A stretch of 30,140 nt of DNA from a virus (Duplodnaviria > Caudoviricetes). The stretch covers positions 1-30,140 of IMG/VR virus record IMGVR_UViG_3300027679_000026, one strand, 5' to 3'. The notes below the pieces were generated by a model. That model saw only the letters and a program-made list of their open reading frames with translations. It made no database searches and was not told the DNA's origin. Positions 7,577 through 17,938 of the stretch are shown here, piece after piece (the first letter of the stretch is position 1; each line of letters opens with the position of its first letter). A program made the position numbers and the translations under genes.

Positions 7577-9748
7577 TTAATATTTCATAATCTTAACTGT
7601 ATACTTGCCGTTGGTAGTATAGCCCATGTTTGCTTGGAATGAGTTAGCATTAGTTCTAAACATGAAAGTCTTTGAGGCCGCAATGGTAAAATGTGTTTGG
7701 AATTGCCAATAAGCATATTTGTTTACACCACTAAATGCCATTTGGTTACTGGTAATTAATGCGGTATCTACGCTATCAGTTACATTACGCAATCTAAAAT
7801 CATAGCCGGCTGATCCATTTGAAAATGTCCAAGGAAGTTCTAAAAAGTATGTGCCAGCGGGTAATGTAAATGTATTTGTTGATACACTAACTCCGCTAAT
7901 ACCGCCAGCAGTTGCTAATGTCCATGATTCACTTGTGCCTGTTGTGCCAATAGTGATATATTCTTGTCCGCTATGGATAAGGATTATATTATTGCCACCA
8001 CCACTTGCTGATGCCCACTGAACACCGGTGCCAGTTGATGTCAATACTTGTCCACTTGTACCATTACTACCACCAGCATTAATAGGGCCAGCGGAGATTT
8101 TTAAACCATCCGCACCAATTAATAATCCCCATTTATTAGTAAGTGTTGTATTAGTACCTGCTACTGGGCCAGCGGCAATATACATTGTTGCGGCATCAGT
8201 AACTGTAATTACATTAGTACTAGACATAACTGGTGCGGCAAAGGCATTAATATGACTTGCAGCCACGGTACCAGTTGTTGAACTTGTATCAGTAAAAGTT
8301 GCTTGTTGACTGCGAATATTAATACCAGTAGTAGTCCAAGCAGTTGAACTTACAGAACCAGTTGTTAATAGTAATTTAGGCTTATTTGTAGCACCAAGGC
8401 CAGCTATACCTGTAAAGTAGCCTAAGTCAGCAGTTGTTACACCTATTGAAGTATTATTAATTGTTGATGCCGCAGTTGGGTTAATTGTTAATGCACCTGC
8501 TGGGCTAATAGTCACGGTGCCCGTACCAGTTGGACTAATAGCAATATTAGCACTAGCTGGACTTAATGTAACTGTTGAACTTGCTGTAAGTGTAGTAAAA
8601 GCACCTGTTGCTGGAGTAGTAGCACCCACAGTTCCGTTTAATGCTCCAGCAAAGGCTGTTGAGGTTAAAATATTTGTTGAACCATTAAAACTTAATGCAG
8701 AACTATCAATATGGGGTAATTGATTACCTGTTGATGCCGCGCCAACTAACACTGGATAAAGTGTAGTATCACTAGTATTACCATCTGTTGTTGAGATGTT
8801 GATGTTGGTAGCACCAGTTGCTGTTGTAGCAGTTGATGCCGCACTAACTGTTAGAGTATTAGCCGCAGTATCAACCCAGTTAGTACCGTTGTAAACTAAA
8901 ACATCATTTGTTGCGGCTGCTGTAATTACAACATCGGTTAATCCATCTAATGTTGTTGCTCCAACAGTTCCGTTACTTGCTGAAGTAATACGGCCTTGGG
9001 CATCTACCGTAATATTTGTTGCTGTATATGAACCTGCGGTAACTGCGGTATTGTCTAAATTGATTGTTATTGTATCTGTTGCTGATGCGACTGAACTTAA
9101 TCCAACACCACCTGCGATTGTTAAGGTATTACCATCACCAACAGTTTGGCTTGTACCACTATCACCTGCGGCAGTAAATGATGTCATGCCGCTACTAGCT
9201 GCCGACCAAGACATAGCACTGGTACCGTTAGTTGTTAGTACATACCCGTTGGTACCTGTACCTGTTGGAAAGTCTAATGCTCCAAGAATAATTTTACCTG
9301 TTGCTGGCGCTAAAGCAATGTTTCCACTTCCATTAGGGCTAATATTAATATTACCATTGCTGACTGAAACAATGCTGTTGCCGTTAACATCCAAGGCTCC
9401 ACCAAGTTGGGGTGTTGTATCATTAACAATATCACTACTACCACCTGAGCCATTTGCCGCGGCAGTAATACGGCCTTGTTGATCAACTGTAATGTTGGCC
9501 GCTGTATATGAACCCGGTGTTACCGCGGTATCATTTAAATCTATAATTAAGGCGTCAGCAATAACTTGGCTAGTTGTAGCAACGCCTCCTGAAATTTGGA
9601 ATGACTCATTAAGGCTATTGGTAATTGAACCAGTATCCCCCGTGACTATAATCACAGCGTCATTAATGTTTGTAAAGTTGTTGTCTAACTCTGTACGAGT
9701 TAATGGACTACCCTTTGTTTGTCTTGTTACTATTACTGGCTTAGTCAT
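7577..9748 (-). CDS. Gly/Ser/Thr-rich tail or capsid fibre protein
   Basis: N-terminal KGSPLTxxExDxNFxN anchor, two copies of LxxTAVTxGSYTAxNITVDxQGRITxAxNG, and DTTPQLGGALDVNG and GxxGxVLTxxG fibre motifs. Confidence 0.8.
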   Translation of the reverse strand: MTKPVIVTRQTKGSPLTRTELDNNFTNINDAVIIVTGDTGSITNSLNESFQISGGVATTSQVIADALIIDLNDTAVTPGSYTAANITVDQQGRITAAANGSGGSSDIVNDTTPQLGGALDVNGNSIVSVSNGNINISPNGSGNIALAPATGKIILGALDFPTGTGTNGYVLTTNGTSAMSWSAASSGMTSFTAAGDSGTSQTVGDGNTLTIAGGVGLSSVASATDTITINLDNTAVTAGSYTATNITVDAQGRITSASNGTVGATTLDGLTDVVITAAATNDVLVYNGTNWVDTAANTLTVSAASTATTATGATNINISTTDGNTSDTTLYPVLVGAASTGNQLPHIDSSALSFNGSTNILTSTAFAGALNGTVGATTPATGAFTTLTASSTVTLSPASANIAISPTGTGTVTISPAGALTINPTAASTINNTSIGVTTADLGYFTGIAGLGATNKPKLLLTTGSVSSTAWTTTGINIRSQQATFTDTSSTTGTVAASHINAFAAPVMSSTNVITVTDAATMYIAAGPVAGTNTTLTNKWGLLIGADGLKISAGPINAGGSNGTSGQVLTSTGTGVQWASASGGGNNIILIHSGQEYITIGTTGTSESWTLATAGGISGVSVSTNTFTLPAGTYFLELPWTFSNGSAGYDFRLRNVTDSVDTALITSNQMAFSGVNKYAYWQFQTHFTIAASKTFMFRTNANSFQANMGYTTNGKYTVKIMKY

Positions 9749-9775
9749 CGTTTTTCCTTTGTTATAAACGGGATA

Positions 9776-9795
9776 GTAGGGACCGAAGTCCCTAC
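9776..9795 (-). other. Intergenic C(UUCG)G tetraloop hairpin
   Basis: Minus strand GTAGGGAC-TTCG-GTCCCTAC, a perfect 8-bp stem with no U-tract. Confidence 0.8.
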
Positions 9796-9818
9796 CCTTG
9801 TTTGCCTATACTTCTATC

Positions 9819-11246
9819 TTATTGATATAATGGAATCCAATAAGCCGCCCCTGCGATTGTCACTTTACTCCACTTGGTAGGAGTATCTAATGTACCTTCA
9901 AAGTATCCAGTATCATAAACAGTTGGAGCATCTGTCGCTACAGTTGTAGTGAAGTTTGCACCAGTAGCACCAGTAGCACCAGTAGCACCTGTAGGTCCTT
10001 GTGATCCAGTTGCACCATTAGATCCATTAGATCCATTTTGGCCAGTAGCACCTGTAGCACCAGTAGCACCAGTTGGTCCCTGTGCGCCCGGAGCACCTTG
10101 CTCACCAGTAGCACCTGTACTTCCAGTTACACCTTGTGAACCCTGAGCACCTGTAGGTCCTTGAGCACCAGTTGCACCATTAGCTCCAGCATTACCTGTA
10201 GCGCCAGTAGGCCCAGTATCACCTTGAGCACCAGTTGCACCAGTAGGTCCTTGTGCGCCAGGAGCGCCTTGCTCTCCAGTAGCACCGGTTGAGCCTGTAG
10301 CACCAGTTGCTCCATTGCTTCCGTTTGTACCGTTAGTTCCGTTAGTACCTGTTGCACCTGTTGGTCCAGTACTTCCTGTTGCTCCAGTTGCACCTGTTGA
10401 ACCAGTTGCGCCTTGAATACCACTAGCACCTGACAAGTCAATTACATAAGAATAGGTTGCGCCATTCCACAAGTATAATTTACCTGTTTCAGCATCTTGA
10501 ACACTACCAGTATCAATTAAAGCAAATTGGCCAGCATTGATGCCTGTTGGTGCTGTGTCTGCTGTTAATGCGGCAACACTTGCGTAGGTCTTGGCAATAA
10601 TAAAGCCCATACCTGTATCGCCCTGAGCACCTTGTGATCCAGTAGCACCAGTACTACCTGTAGGGCCTTGTGCTCCAGTTGCGCCAGTACTTCCAGTTGC
10701 TCCTGTAGGGCCTTGGGCACCCGGGGCACCTTGGTCGCCAGTTGCACCAGTTGAACCAGTTGCGCCTGTTGCTCCATTGCTTCCGTTATTACCAGTAGCA
10801 CCTGTACTACCAGTAGGTCCTTGTGAACCTGTAGCACCAGTTGCGCCTGTATTACCAGTTAAGCCTTGATCGCCTGCTGGTCCCATTGGACCTTGTGCGC
10901 CTGTTGCACCAGTGCTTCCAGTACTTCCAGTTGCACCTGTTGATCCAGTTGGGCCTTGAGCTCCGGGAGCTCCTTGTTCGCCTGTTGCACCAGTAGCGCC
11001 AGTAGCGCCAGTAGCACTATAAGGAGCATTGATTGTAATTGTTTTTGCTGTGTTGTCACCTGAGATTGTGACATTAGAGCCTGCTACAAAATTAACGGCA
11101 CCGTTAAGATCGCTTGTTACAGTTGTGCCGCCATTAGCTTGGAAGCCAACGGTTGCGTCTTTTAAGTTTGTAAAATTATTATCGCCTTCCGTACTTGTTA
11201 AGGGTGTTCCCTTGCCAGCACGGGTGACTATTAATGGTTTTGTCAT
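9819..11246 (-). CDS. Collagen-like (Gly-X-Y) fibre protein
   Basis: Two long GXY tracts rich in [12 protein letters not shown], split by a small globular insert ([12 protein letters not shown]...KLYLWNG). It has the same N-terminal anchor as the 723-aa fibre. Confidence 0.9.
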   Translation of the reverse strand: MTKPLIVTRAGKGTPLTSTEGDNNFTNLKDATVGFQANGGTTVTSDLNGAVNFVAGSNVTISGDNTAKTITINAPYSATGATGATGATGEQGAPGAQGPTGSTGATGSTGSTGATGAQGPMGPAGDQGLTGNTGATGATGSQGPTGSTGATGNNGSNGATGATGSTGATGDQGAPGAQGPTGATGSTGATGAQGPTGSTGATGSQGAQGDTGMGFIIAKTYASVAALTADTAPTGINAGQFALIDTGSVQDAETGKLYLWNGATYSYVIDLSGASGIQGATGSTGATGATGSTGPTGATGTNGTNGTNGSNGATGATGSTGATGEQGAPGAQGPTGATGAQGDTGPTGATGNAGANGATGAQGPTGAQGSQGVTGSTGATGEQGAPGAQGPTGATGATGATGQNGSNGSNGATGSQGPTGATGATGATGANFTTTVATDAPTVYDTGYFEGTLDTPTKWSKVTIAGAAYWIPLYQ

Positions 11247-11273
11247 GTTTCGCTCCTAGTTAGGTTATGACGA

Positions 11274-11675
11274 TTAATCTAAGCTAACTGTTAAGTTGCC
11301 TGATGTAATTTGAAAAGTATCGCCTGAATCGATTGTCTTACTAGTTGTAACAGCACCATAAAATAATTGGTTGCCTGCACCAGCAGTTGCACTATCACAA
11401 ACAGCGATATGCGTAATAGTACCCCAACTTGAAGTTGCGGCATCAAAAGTGACTGTTGAATTACTTGCGGCACTTCCACTTGAAGCGGCTGCAAATGTTA
11501 CTGATTTACGAGAATAAGCAGTACCTGAAGTTCCTACTTCAGCAGTAAAGCTACTTGCTTCACCTGGATCTGCTGTGAACAATGCTACATAAACAGTTGT
11601 TGGTTTGGTAAACGATGTTGTACCTAATGCGTGATCTAGAAGTTTAGCTTCTAGGTAATTACTGGCTGCGCCCAT
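11274..11675 (-). CDS. Conserved small virion structural (fibre-associated) protein
   Basis: SNYLExxLL...YVALFTxDP...YxR...WGTITH...GN...KTIxxGD pattern widespread in phages. TAAGGAG RBS. Confidence 0.75.
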   Translation of the reverse strand: MGAASNYLEAKLLDHALGTTSFTKPTTVYVALFTADPGEASSFTAEVGTSGTAYSRKSVTFAAASSGSAASNSTVTFDAATSSWGTITHIAVCDSATAGAGNQLFYGAVTTSKTIDSGDTFQITSGNLTVSLD

Positions 11676-11734
11676 ATTAATTCTCCTTAAGGGTTATATT
11701 TGGTTAATAACTTGCGTTATGCGATTCGCACTAG

Positions 11735-11740
11735 TATTTA
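11735..11740 (-). promoter_or_regulatory. TAAATA box upstream of the fibre operon
   Basis: Minus strand GCACTA-AATAC-TAGTGC; the box is in a 6-bp inverted repeat within an intergenic gap. Confidence 0.55.
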
Positions 11741-11779
11741 GTGCAAACTTAAAAAATCATTGAAAAAAGGGGAAAAAAG

Positions 11780-11968
11780 TTACCACTTGCCTAATGGACA
11801 TTTCATGAGGGGCACCAAAACTTTTATCTTCATGTTACATCCGCATTGCTGGCAAGTTAATGTATCTTTAATTAGACTAGGACAAGTACTACATACCCCA
11901 AGGCGTTCTAAGCTCTTAGGGTATTGTATGTAATCGGCTAGTTTTTGAATAGCTATATTAATTTCCAT
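11780..11968 (-). CDS. Small Cys-rich protein (DUF6171-like)
   Basis: RLxxCxxCP...CxxCGC...K...CPxxKW pattern. Confidence 0.7.
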   Translation of the reverse strand: MEINIAIQKLADYIQYPKSLERLGVCSTCPSLIKDTLTCQQCGCNMKIKVLVPLMKCPLGKW

Positions 11969-14157
11969 TAGCTAATTAATTTAATTACAATTATACCATG
12001 TGCTGGATATGACTTAGGATTAGAATTATCAACTGCACCACATGCACCATGTCCTGCATCACGAGGATATGACCAAGTTGAAGCCTCATCTAAGTTCCAA
12101 CTACCACCAGCACCAAGTTTACTAGCACCTAATGCACCTAGTATAGTACTATCAATACCGTAGGCTTCAATATTGCCACCAAAGGCTGCGGTTGTAGCAT
12201 TAGTTGGATACCCTGTAGTTGATGCCCCCATAGCCCAACCATTCTGTCCAGCACCACCACCCGAACCACCAGTACTAGCATTACCATTTATAATCTGTGA
12301 TCCGGATCCAGCGGTATGGGTTGTTGGAGCTCCACTGGTTCCATTTGATCCAGCATAAGCTGTCAAGCTAAACATAGTTGTATCTGTAGTATTTCCAACA
12401 GTATAACCATATCCCGTATTAGTTATAGTAATACCGCTTTGTTCTAGTACGCCACCACCGCCACCACCAACATAGTTACGAGTACTATTATTATAAGTTG
12501 CATTACCTCCAGCCCCAACTAGCAATACTGTTGCATTAGGAAAATAACGCAATTGTTCAAAAGTTGGAGTCCAAGTACCTGTACCAGCGGAGTAAAAAGT
12601 AACTAAGTCAGCCGTTGTCCGTGTTGTACCTGAATAAGCTAAACTATAAGTTGAACTGCCAATAACTGTTGCGCCTTGTTTAAGTGTAACTGTATATGTT
12701 CCGCTAGTTGCAAAGTTCTTAGTAGGATAAAATTTAATAGAGTTAGAATTAACTGAAGTAGCAATAGCATTTCGTGTACCTGTTAAAGTTAAGGTGCTAA
12801 CTGCGGCGGCTGTACCTAATCCAAATAGTCCATTAGCACTGGTTAGCTCATATGTATATGTGTTTGAACTGTTTAAGATCTTTGGATAATAATTTGGCAA
12901 TGTTGAACCAAAGCTGTACACAGTATTACCTGCGTAAGTAATTGTTTCAATACCATTAAATCCATGCTCGGTGTTGAATGTTAGCACAGTTGTCTTTGTA
13001 TTAACTCCAGGGATAAACAAGTTAGTAGCACTATTATAATACGCACCTTCATCAATAGTAAAGAAGTATTCATTTTCATAATCTATGTATGGAACGCAGT
13101 TAATAGTAATACCATTGCCTGTTAGATCAGCATCTAATCCGTCATAGAATGTATGTATAAGTGTATTTGATGATCCTACTAACCAAAGTTTAATACCTTT
13201 GGTACGGTTGGTACGATTATCAGTACTGGCAATAGGCGTTGTAGTATTAGGGAATGTAATGACAGCATAGTTATTAACATAAATGCGCCAATCTTGTAAT
13301 GCAGTAGCAATACCACCAGTAGCAGTTGTAAAGTTAAGTGCAGTTGTTGAACTAATACCAGCATACGGTAATCCACTACTTGAAGTAAACGCTGTAGAAC
13401 CAATCTTAATATAATATGCTGTGTCACTATCTAATATGAAAGTAGTATTGATAGTAACAACACTGCTAGAAATGGTAACACGGCTATCAGTTACATTGAT
13501 TCGATAGTATAACTCATCATCGGCACTGGTATAGATATCAATATTGCCAGCTCCTTTTTTCATATTCTTATCAAAGGTTAAGGTCAGTGCAGTTGGATTG
13601 ACATTGCTAGCATTATCAGTTGGACTTGAACTGACTAATACTGGCGCAGTTCCGGTTGAAAAAGTAATAATGCCGGATCCCACGGCCGGACAGTCAAATC
13701 CATCATAGTCACGGAATGCATCAGCATCAACAGTAAAGTAATAACTAGTGCTGGCTAGTTGAAGTGCACCAACAAGGTTAAAGCTAACACTATAACCGCT
13801 ACCTTCAAGGTAAACATCTGTTTCCGCTACATTAAGTGTTTGAATAAGCACAGCGCCCGTAGTTTTATAAAACTTTATTGAGCCAGTATTCTTAATAACT
13901 TTTCTATCAAAGTTTAAGGTAACCTTAGTGTAATTTTCGATATTACTAGTACCACTAGTAGGAGTAGTATCAACTAATACAGGACCAGTTGCATTGGTAG
14001 TAAATGATAATAAATCCGGAATTGCTGGACAAGGCTGTTGATCGCCACCGTCCTCATGCACAAAGTCAGCTTGAACTTCAAACCGATAACTGGTGTTCTT
14101 TTGCCAAGCGATGCCAAGCGCCGAAGCATCTATTTCTACTTTTGTTCGAATGCCCAT
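11968..14157 (-). CDS. Tail-associated protein with tandem Ig-like (Big_5/SbsA-type) domains and a Gly-rich C-terminal domain
   Basis: Repeats of PxLxxxxPxxxxxNV...LxLxFD...G.G.I..Y...YY..I...AF......G......FTT. The C-terminus has VLLVGAGG...GGGGGG. Confidence 0.75.
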   Translation of the reverse strand: MGIRTKVEIDASALGIAWQKNTSYRFEVQADFVHEDGGDQQPCPAIPDLLSFTTNATGPVLVDTTPTSGTSNIENYTKVTLNFDRKVIKNTGSIKFYKTTGAVLIQTLNVAETDVYLEGSGYSVSFNLVGALQLASTSYYFTVDADAFRDYDGFDCPAVGSGIITFSTGTAPVLVSSSPTDNASNVNPTALTLTFDKNMKKGAGNIDIYTSADDELYYRINVTDSRVTISSSVVTINTTFILDSDTAYYIKIGSTAFTSSSGLPYAGISSTTALNFTTATGGIATALQDWRIYVNNYAVITFPNTTTPIASTDNRTNRTKGIKLWLVGSSNTLIHTFYDGLDADLTGNGITINCVPYIDYENEYFFTIDEGAYYNSATNLFIPGVNTKTTVLTFNTEHGFNGIETITYAGNTVYSFGSTLPNYYPKILNSSNTYTYELTSANGLFGLGTAAAVSTLTLTGTRNAIATSVNSNSIKFYPTKNFATSGTYTVTLKQGATVIGSSTYSLAYSGTTRTTADLVTFYSAGTGTWTPTFEQLRYFPNATVLLVGAGGNATYNNSTRNYVGGGGGGVLEQSGITITNTGYGYTVGNTTDTTMFSLTAYAGSNGTSGAPTTHTAGSGSQIINGNASTGGSGGGAGQNGWAMGASTTGYPTNATTAAFGGNIEAYGIDSTILGALGASKLGAGGSWNLDEASTWSYPRDAGHGACGAVDNSNPKSYPAHGIIVIKLIS

Positions 14158-17100
14158 TAAGCAACTCCTTGCGTGTATGTTACTGCTGGACTATTGCTAG
14201 CTACTGTAGCTACAGTTGTCCCTGCACCATTTTTAATTAATACATTACCTGCACCGCCTACAACAGGACGATCAAATGTCATTGCAACGGGGCTTTGTTG
14301 TATACTACCTCCGGATGGTAAACTTGCTACTGATGCCCCCGGCCCTGCATCAACGGTAAATGCAATAGTACTAGTATTAGTTACTGCCGGATTTAAATTA
14401 CCACAAGCATCTTTAACAACACCTGACTCAATAGTGACATAAACACTTGCACCTACAGCAAAGTCTACGGTAGGATCAATATACAAGTAATTACCGCTTA
14501 CCCATAATAGTTCACTAACCTTCTGAGCAGTAAATGTATCATTAGCATCAATAGTTTGTACTAAACTACTGTTTGCATATATTTTAACTTTACCAGTAGT
14601 TCCTAAAGTTAATGTATTACCAAAGTTAACACGGATATCAGTTTGTCTCGAAGCTTTGGTTAATTCACTTCCACTAAATTTGCTACGGACACCAAAGCTG
14701 ACAAATGATAATCCTGAACATCCTGCAGGCAATGTTTCAAGCGTGCCAGTTAGATCATAAGCATTAGGATTATCCCATGGAGTATTAAAGTTCCATACCC
14801 TAGGATCACTAATAGTAGGGCTTAAACAACCTTGTGCATTTTTAACAACACCACCATCCATTAGAATATAATAGTCAGTACCTTTGGTTCTATCAGCAAA
14901 TGGAATTTTCATTAAATTCTTATCAATCTGTAAAGTACTAGCGGCTTTAGTATCAACTAATGTACCATCACTCTTATAAAGATAAATGTTACCTGATCCT
15001 TTAATCAAATTAGCATAAACGCCACCACCGTACTTGACACCATAATAACCTGTAATAGGCGCATGGTCAGCTGAGTAATATCCACCATTAGCTGTGTAAG
15101 CATCTTCGGGATATGATTCTGCATTTGAACTTTTATCTGGAGGATATAAGTAACCTTGTGTTAAGAAGCAAGTAGTTGCAGTATCACCACCAGTGCCGCC
15201 AGTACCTCCACCACCGTCAGTAGTTCCGTTAATTGTTACTGTGATATTATTACCTGAACCTGTGACAGTTACTCCATCACCAACAAAGTTAAGGCTAGCA
15301 GTCTGAGTTGTTAAGGTATTGCCTTCGTCTTTAGTAATAATATTACTGGCAACTACAAGACTTCCACCTTGAGCACTACCTACTAGATCAACGCCAGTCT
15401 TTTCATTAAACAGGTCAAAGATTTTATCAAACAATCCGCCTGCACCAGTGTTACCACCAAACAAACTATCTAAGTTATTCAATAATGTTAACAAGCCAAG
15501 GCCCATTAACTGTCCACCAATGCTTACTGGTTCGTCGCTGACTGTATCAGCAACAACAATTGGTACATAAGCAATTAATCCACTTGGATCACTATATGGC
15601 CCTACGGTAACACTATTTGTGCCACGGATCTTAACATAGAAATCACTTTGTTGTAATCCTGTATAGGTATAAGTGTATGTTGCATCTTCTGTTAAGGTTG
15701 CGCCGGATGGATTAGAGTACTGTCCAATCTTAATATAATTCCTGCTGGCTTCACTAACACCTGTATCAAATGTAATCCAATATTCAAGTGTGTCAACAAC
15801 ACCGCTTGGAACAACACCGCTAATAACAATTCTGGGTACATTGGCTTGTTCTGTTTTAGTTACTGTTGGAGTATTAGGCTTGCCAATGCTGCCAATGCCA
15901 AGTATGCCACCATCTGTTTCTACATCAAATTCTGTAATATTGTAAGTGTAAACAGCCGCATCGTATTCTAACGCAGTAATGTCCATACTAAGTATGCCGT
16001 CATCATCAAATGACTCAGCAATAGTAATAATACGAAATACCTTGCTGGTAAATCCGTAAACACTAGTAGTAACATCAATTAAATCACCAGCTTTTAATGC
16101 TAGGTAACTAAAGTCACTCTTAAATTTAATAATCTTATCAACACGGCCTTGCTTTAATTGTACCAATCCTATCTTTGCCGCAATCACTTGGCTATTGGTA
16201 AATGGTAAACTGATCTCAATAGTCTTTCCAGGCTCATTAGCATATTGATCTACTTCTGGAATTTCAATTTTGATAAAGTCAGTCTTATCTAGTATATCTG
16301 TATTTTGATATTTGACATCAGCGGCACTATTCAATTGCGTTAGGCTTGTTCCACTAATTGAAATATCACCGATGATATTGCTGTCCGTGAATGATGCAAT
16401 ACTAGAACCTGCGCGGTTAATAACAACAGTCCATTTACCAGCTACAGTATCATAACTGATCCATGCGTTGGCTGCATCAGCCAACTTCTTCATATTATCT
16501 AATACAGGCTGTGTTGTATCTATTAAACCATTAATTGTAATTGCGCTTGTTACTGATTGGCTACTTAAATTAGTATAAGTGAATCCAGTATCAGCATAAG
16601 TGTTTAGGGTAATAAAACTTGAATCAAGATCGTAAACACTAATACCTGCACCATAACGATCATTAAGCATATAATCAACAAGTACATCACCAGGCTTTTT
16701 CATATTTGTATCCATATGAAAAATACAATCTGGCAAGCCTGTTACATTTTTATCTTTGTTGTAAGTTACTTCAACAATGGCATAACATAAGTCAGTCATT
16801 GGGTGTGTGCCACTTGTCCAGCCTGGCATTACTGTATGTGCGGCTGGAGTTGTTCCACTATACCCTTGAGGTTGCAACGGAGCATCAATGTAGCAATAAA
16901 TTTTAATTAAATCACGATAACTAATATCTTGATTGCCGCTTGGATCTAGTGTGTAGTCAACAGTAAATCCATCTGCCTTAAACACCACGCGATTATTGTT
17001 AAGGTAAACGCCTACAAAAGCATAACCAGTAACATACGGGGGAGTATTTTGACTGAGTCTATCGCCAGTAAGTTCTGCTAGCGTCAAGCAGTAAGTCATC

Positions 17101-17363
17101 TTCTTGTAGTCAGCACTTAGTTGGGCATCAGTGATGTTACCACCAAAGTACGCTTCACCATACAGCACAGGTATTTGATTATCTGTACTTGGATCTAATT
17201 GTAAACGCACACCTTTATCTGGTTCAGGAGTTGTACCTGTTGAACCAGGATCAGTGTTACCACCTAGTAACCTTGAAGCATAAACTAATAAGGCTGTTCT
17301 TGCTAGGCTTCCAGCAATACCACTGCCGCTTACCCAACTCCATACTGATGAAAAGAATCCCAT
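14157..17363 (-). CDS. Tail tip / central fibre (host-specificity J-like) protein with C-terminal Ig-like domains
   Basis: IPVLYGEAYFGG N-terminal motif, PGDVLVDYMLNDRYGAG, LKAGDLIDVT...KVFRII...ITALEYD, an FN3-like segment and Big_5-like repeats. It follows the hub gene. Confidence 0.8.
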   Translation of the reverse strand: MGFFSSVWSWVSGSGIAGSLARTALLVYASRLLGGNTDPGSTGTTPEPDKGVRLQLDPSTDNQIPVLYGEAYFGGNITDAQLSADYKKMTYCLTLAELTGDRLSQNTPPYVTGYAFVGVYLNNNRVVFKADGFTVDYTLDPSGNQDISYRDLIKIYCYIDAPLQPQGYSGTTPAAHTVMPGWTSGTHPMTDLCYAIVEVTYNKDKNVTGLPDCIFHMDTNMKKPGDVLVDYMLNDRYGAGISVYDLDSSFITLNTYADTGFTYTNLSSQSVTSAITINGLIDTTQPVLDNMKKLADAANAWISYDTVAGKWTVVINRAGSSIASFTDSNIIGDISISGTSLTQLNSAADVKYQNTDILDKTDFIKIEIPEVDQYANEPGKTIEISLPFTNSQVIAAKIGLVQLKQGRVDKIIKFKSDFSYLALKAGDLIDVTTSVYGFTSKVFRIITIAESFDDDGILSMDITALEYDAAVYTYNITEFDVETDGGILGIGSIGKPNTPTVTKTEQANVPRIVISGVVPSGVVDTLEYWITFDTGVSEASRNYIKIGQYSNPSGATLTEDATYTYTYTGLQQSDFYVKIRGTNSVTVGPYSDPSGLIAYVPIVVADTVSDEPVSIGGQLMGLGLLTLLNNLDSLFGGNTGAGGLFDKIFDLFNEKTGVDLVGSAQGGSLVVASNIITKDEGNTLTTQTASLNFVGDGVTVTGSGNNITVTINGTTDGGGGTGGTGGDTATTCFLTQGYLYPPDKSSNAESYPEDAYTANGGYYSADHAPITGYYGVKYGGGVYANLIKGSGNIYLYKSDGTLVDTKAASTLQIDKNLMKIPFADRTKGTDYYILMDGGVVKNAQGCLSPTISDPRVWNFNTPWDNPNAYDLTGTLETLPAGCSGLSFVSFGVRSKFSGSELTKASRQTDIRVNFGNTLTLGTTGKVKIYANSSLVQTIDANDTFTAQKVSELLWVSGNYLYIDPTVDFAVGASVYVTIESGVVKDACGNLNPAVTNTSTIAFTVDAGPGASVASLPSGGSIQQSPVAMTFDRPVVGGAGNVLIKNGAGTTVATVASNSPAVTYTQGVA

Positions 17364-17938
17364 TATGGTGCTCCAAAGTTAAAGTTACTATTAGCTAATG
17401 CGCGAACTCGATCCATGCTGGCTTCACCGGGGAAGTCTGCAGGGTTTGTTCTGCGACCGCTTGTTTTGTTAGCCAATACTTCTACTAAACTTGCACAAGT
17501 TAATGTAATAGTTGAGATAGCAATACCACTACCATTATCAACGCTGTCACTGATTGAATAATTGGTAACAATGCCGGTGAATACTGTAGTTGTATTATTA
17601 AGGGCGCCACCTGGTATAAAATCAATACCTTGATGTGTAGTTGGATCAAAGTAACTACGGTAAACAGTAATATCACTGCCTTTAATTTCTTCGTTTAAAA
17701 TATCAGTAATGCTGCCAGTTGGAATGCCACTAAGGCTAACAGTAATTTCACCCGGTGAGCTAGTTAGTTCGCTAACTGTACTAGTTACACCTAGCAATGA
17801 ACCAATGTTGGTATAAGTGTTAGTACCATCGCTGAGTAATGTTGTATAGTCGCTAATATAGGCAGTATCAAAGTTGGGAACTTCCCATTTGACTAAAGTA
17901 GCAATCTCAATGCTTTTATAAGATCTTAAATCAATCAT
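17363..17938 (-). CDS. Baseplate hub / minor tail protein (DUF2163/gpL-like)
   Basis: Y...GxLLGV....E......ITVSLSGI...VFTG.V...ITLTC pattern; lies between the distal tail and tail tip genes. Confidence 0.65.
   Translation of the reverse strand: MIDLRSYKSIEIATLVKWEVPNFDTAYISDYTTLLSDGTNTYTNIGSLLGVTSTVSELTSSPGEITVSLSGIPTGSITDILNEEIKGSDITVYRSYFDPTTHQGIDFIPGGALNNTTTVFTGIVTNYSISDSVDNGSGIAISTITLTCASLVEVLANKTSGRRTNPADFPGEASMDRVRALANSNFNFGAP

Noticed and set aside
9950-11020. Dense short nucleotide repeats (ccagtagca, gcacctgt) resembling an array
   Set aside because: Fully explained by Gly-X-Y collagen codons. There is no constant repeat with unique spacers, so this is not CRISPR. The alternative-frame ORFs here are by-products.
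4436-17363. Diversity-generating retroelement or invertible fibre cassette
   Set aside because: No reverse transcriptase, no invertase and no template/variable repeat pair were seen.
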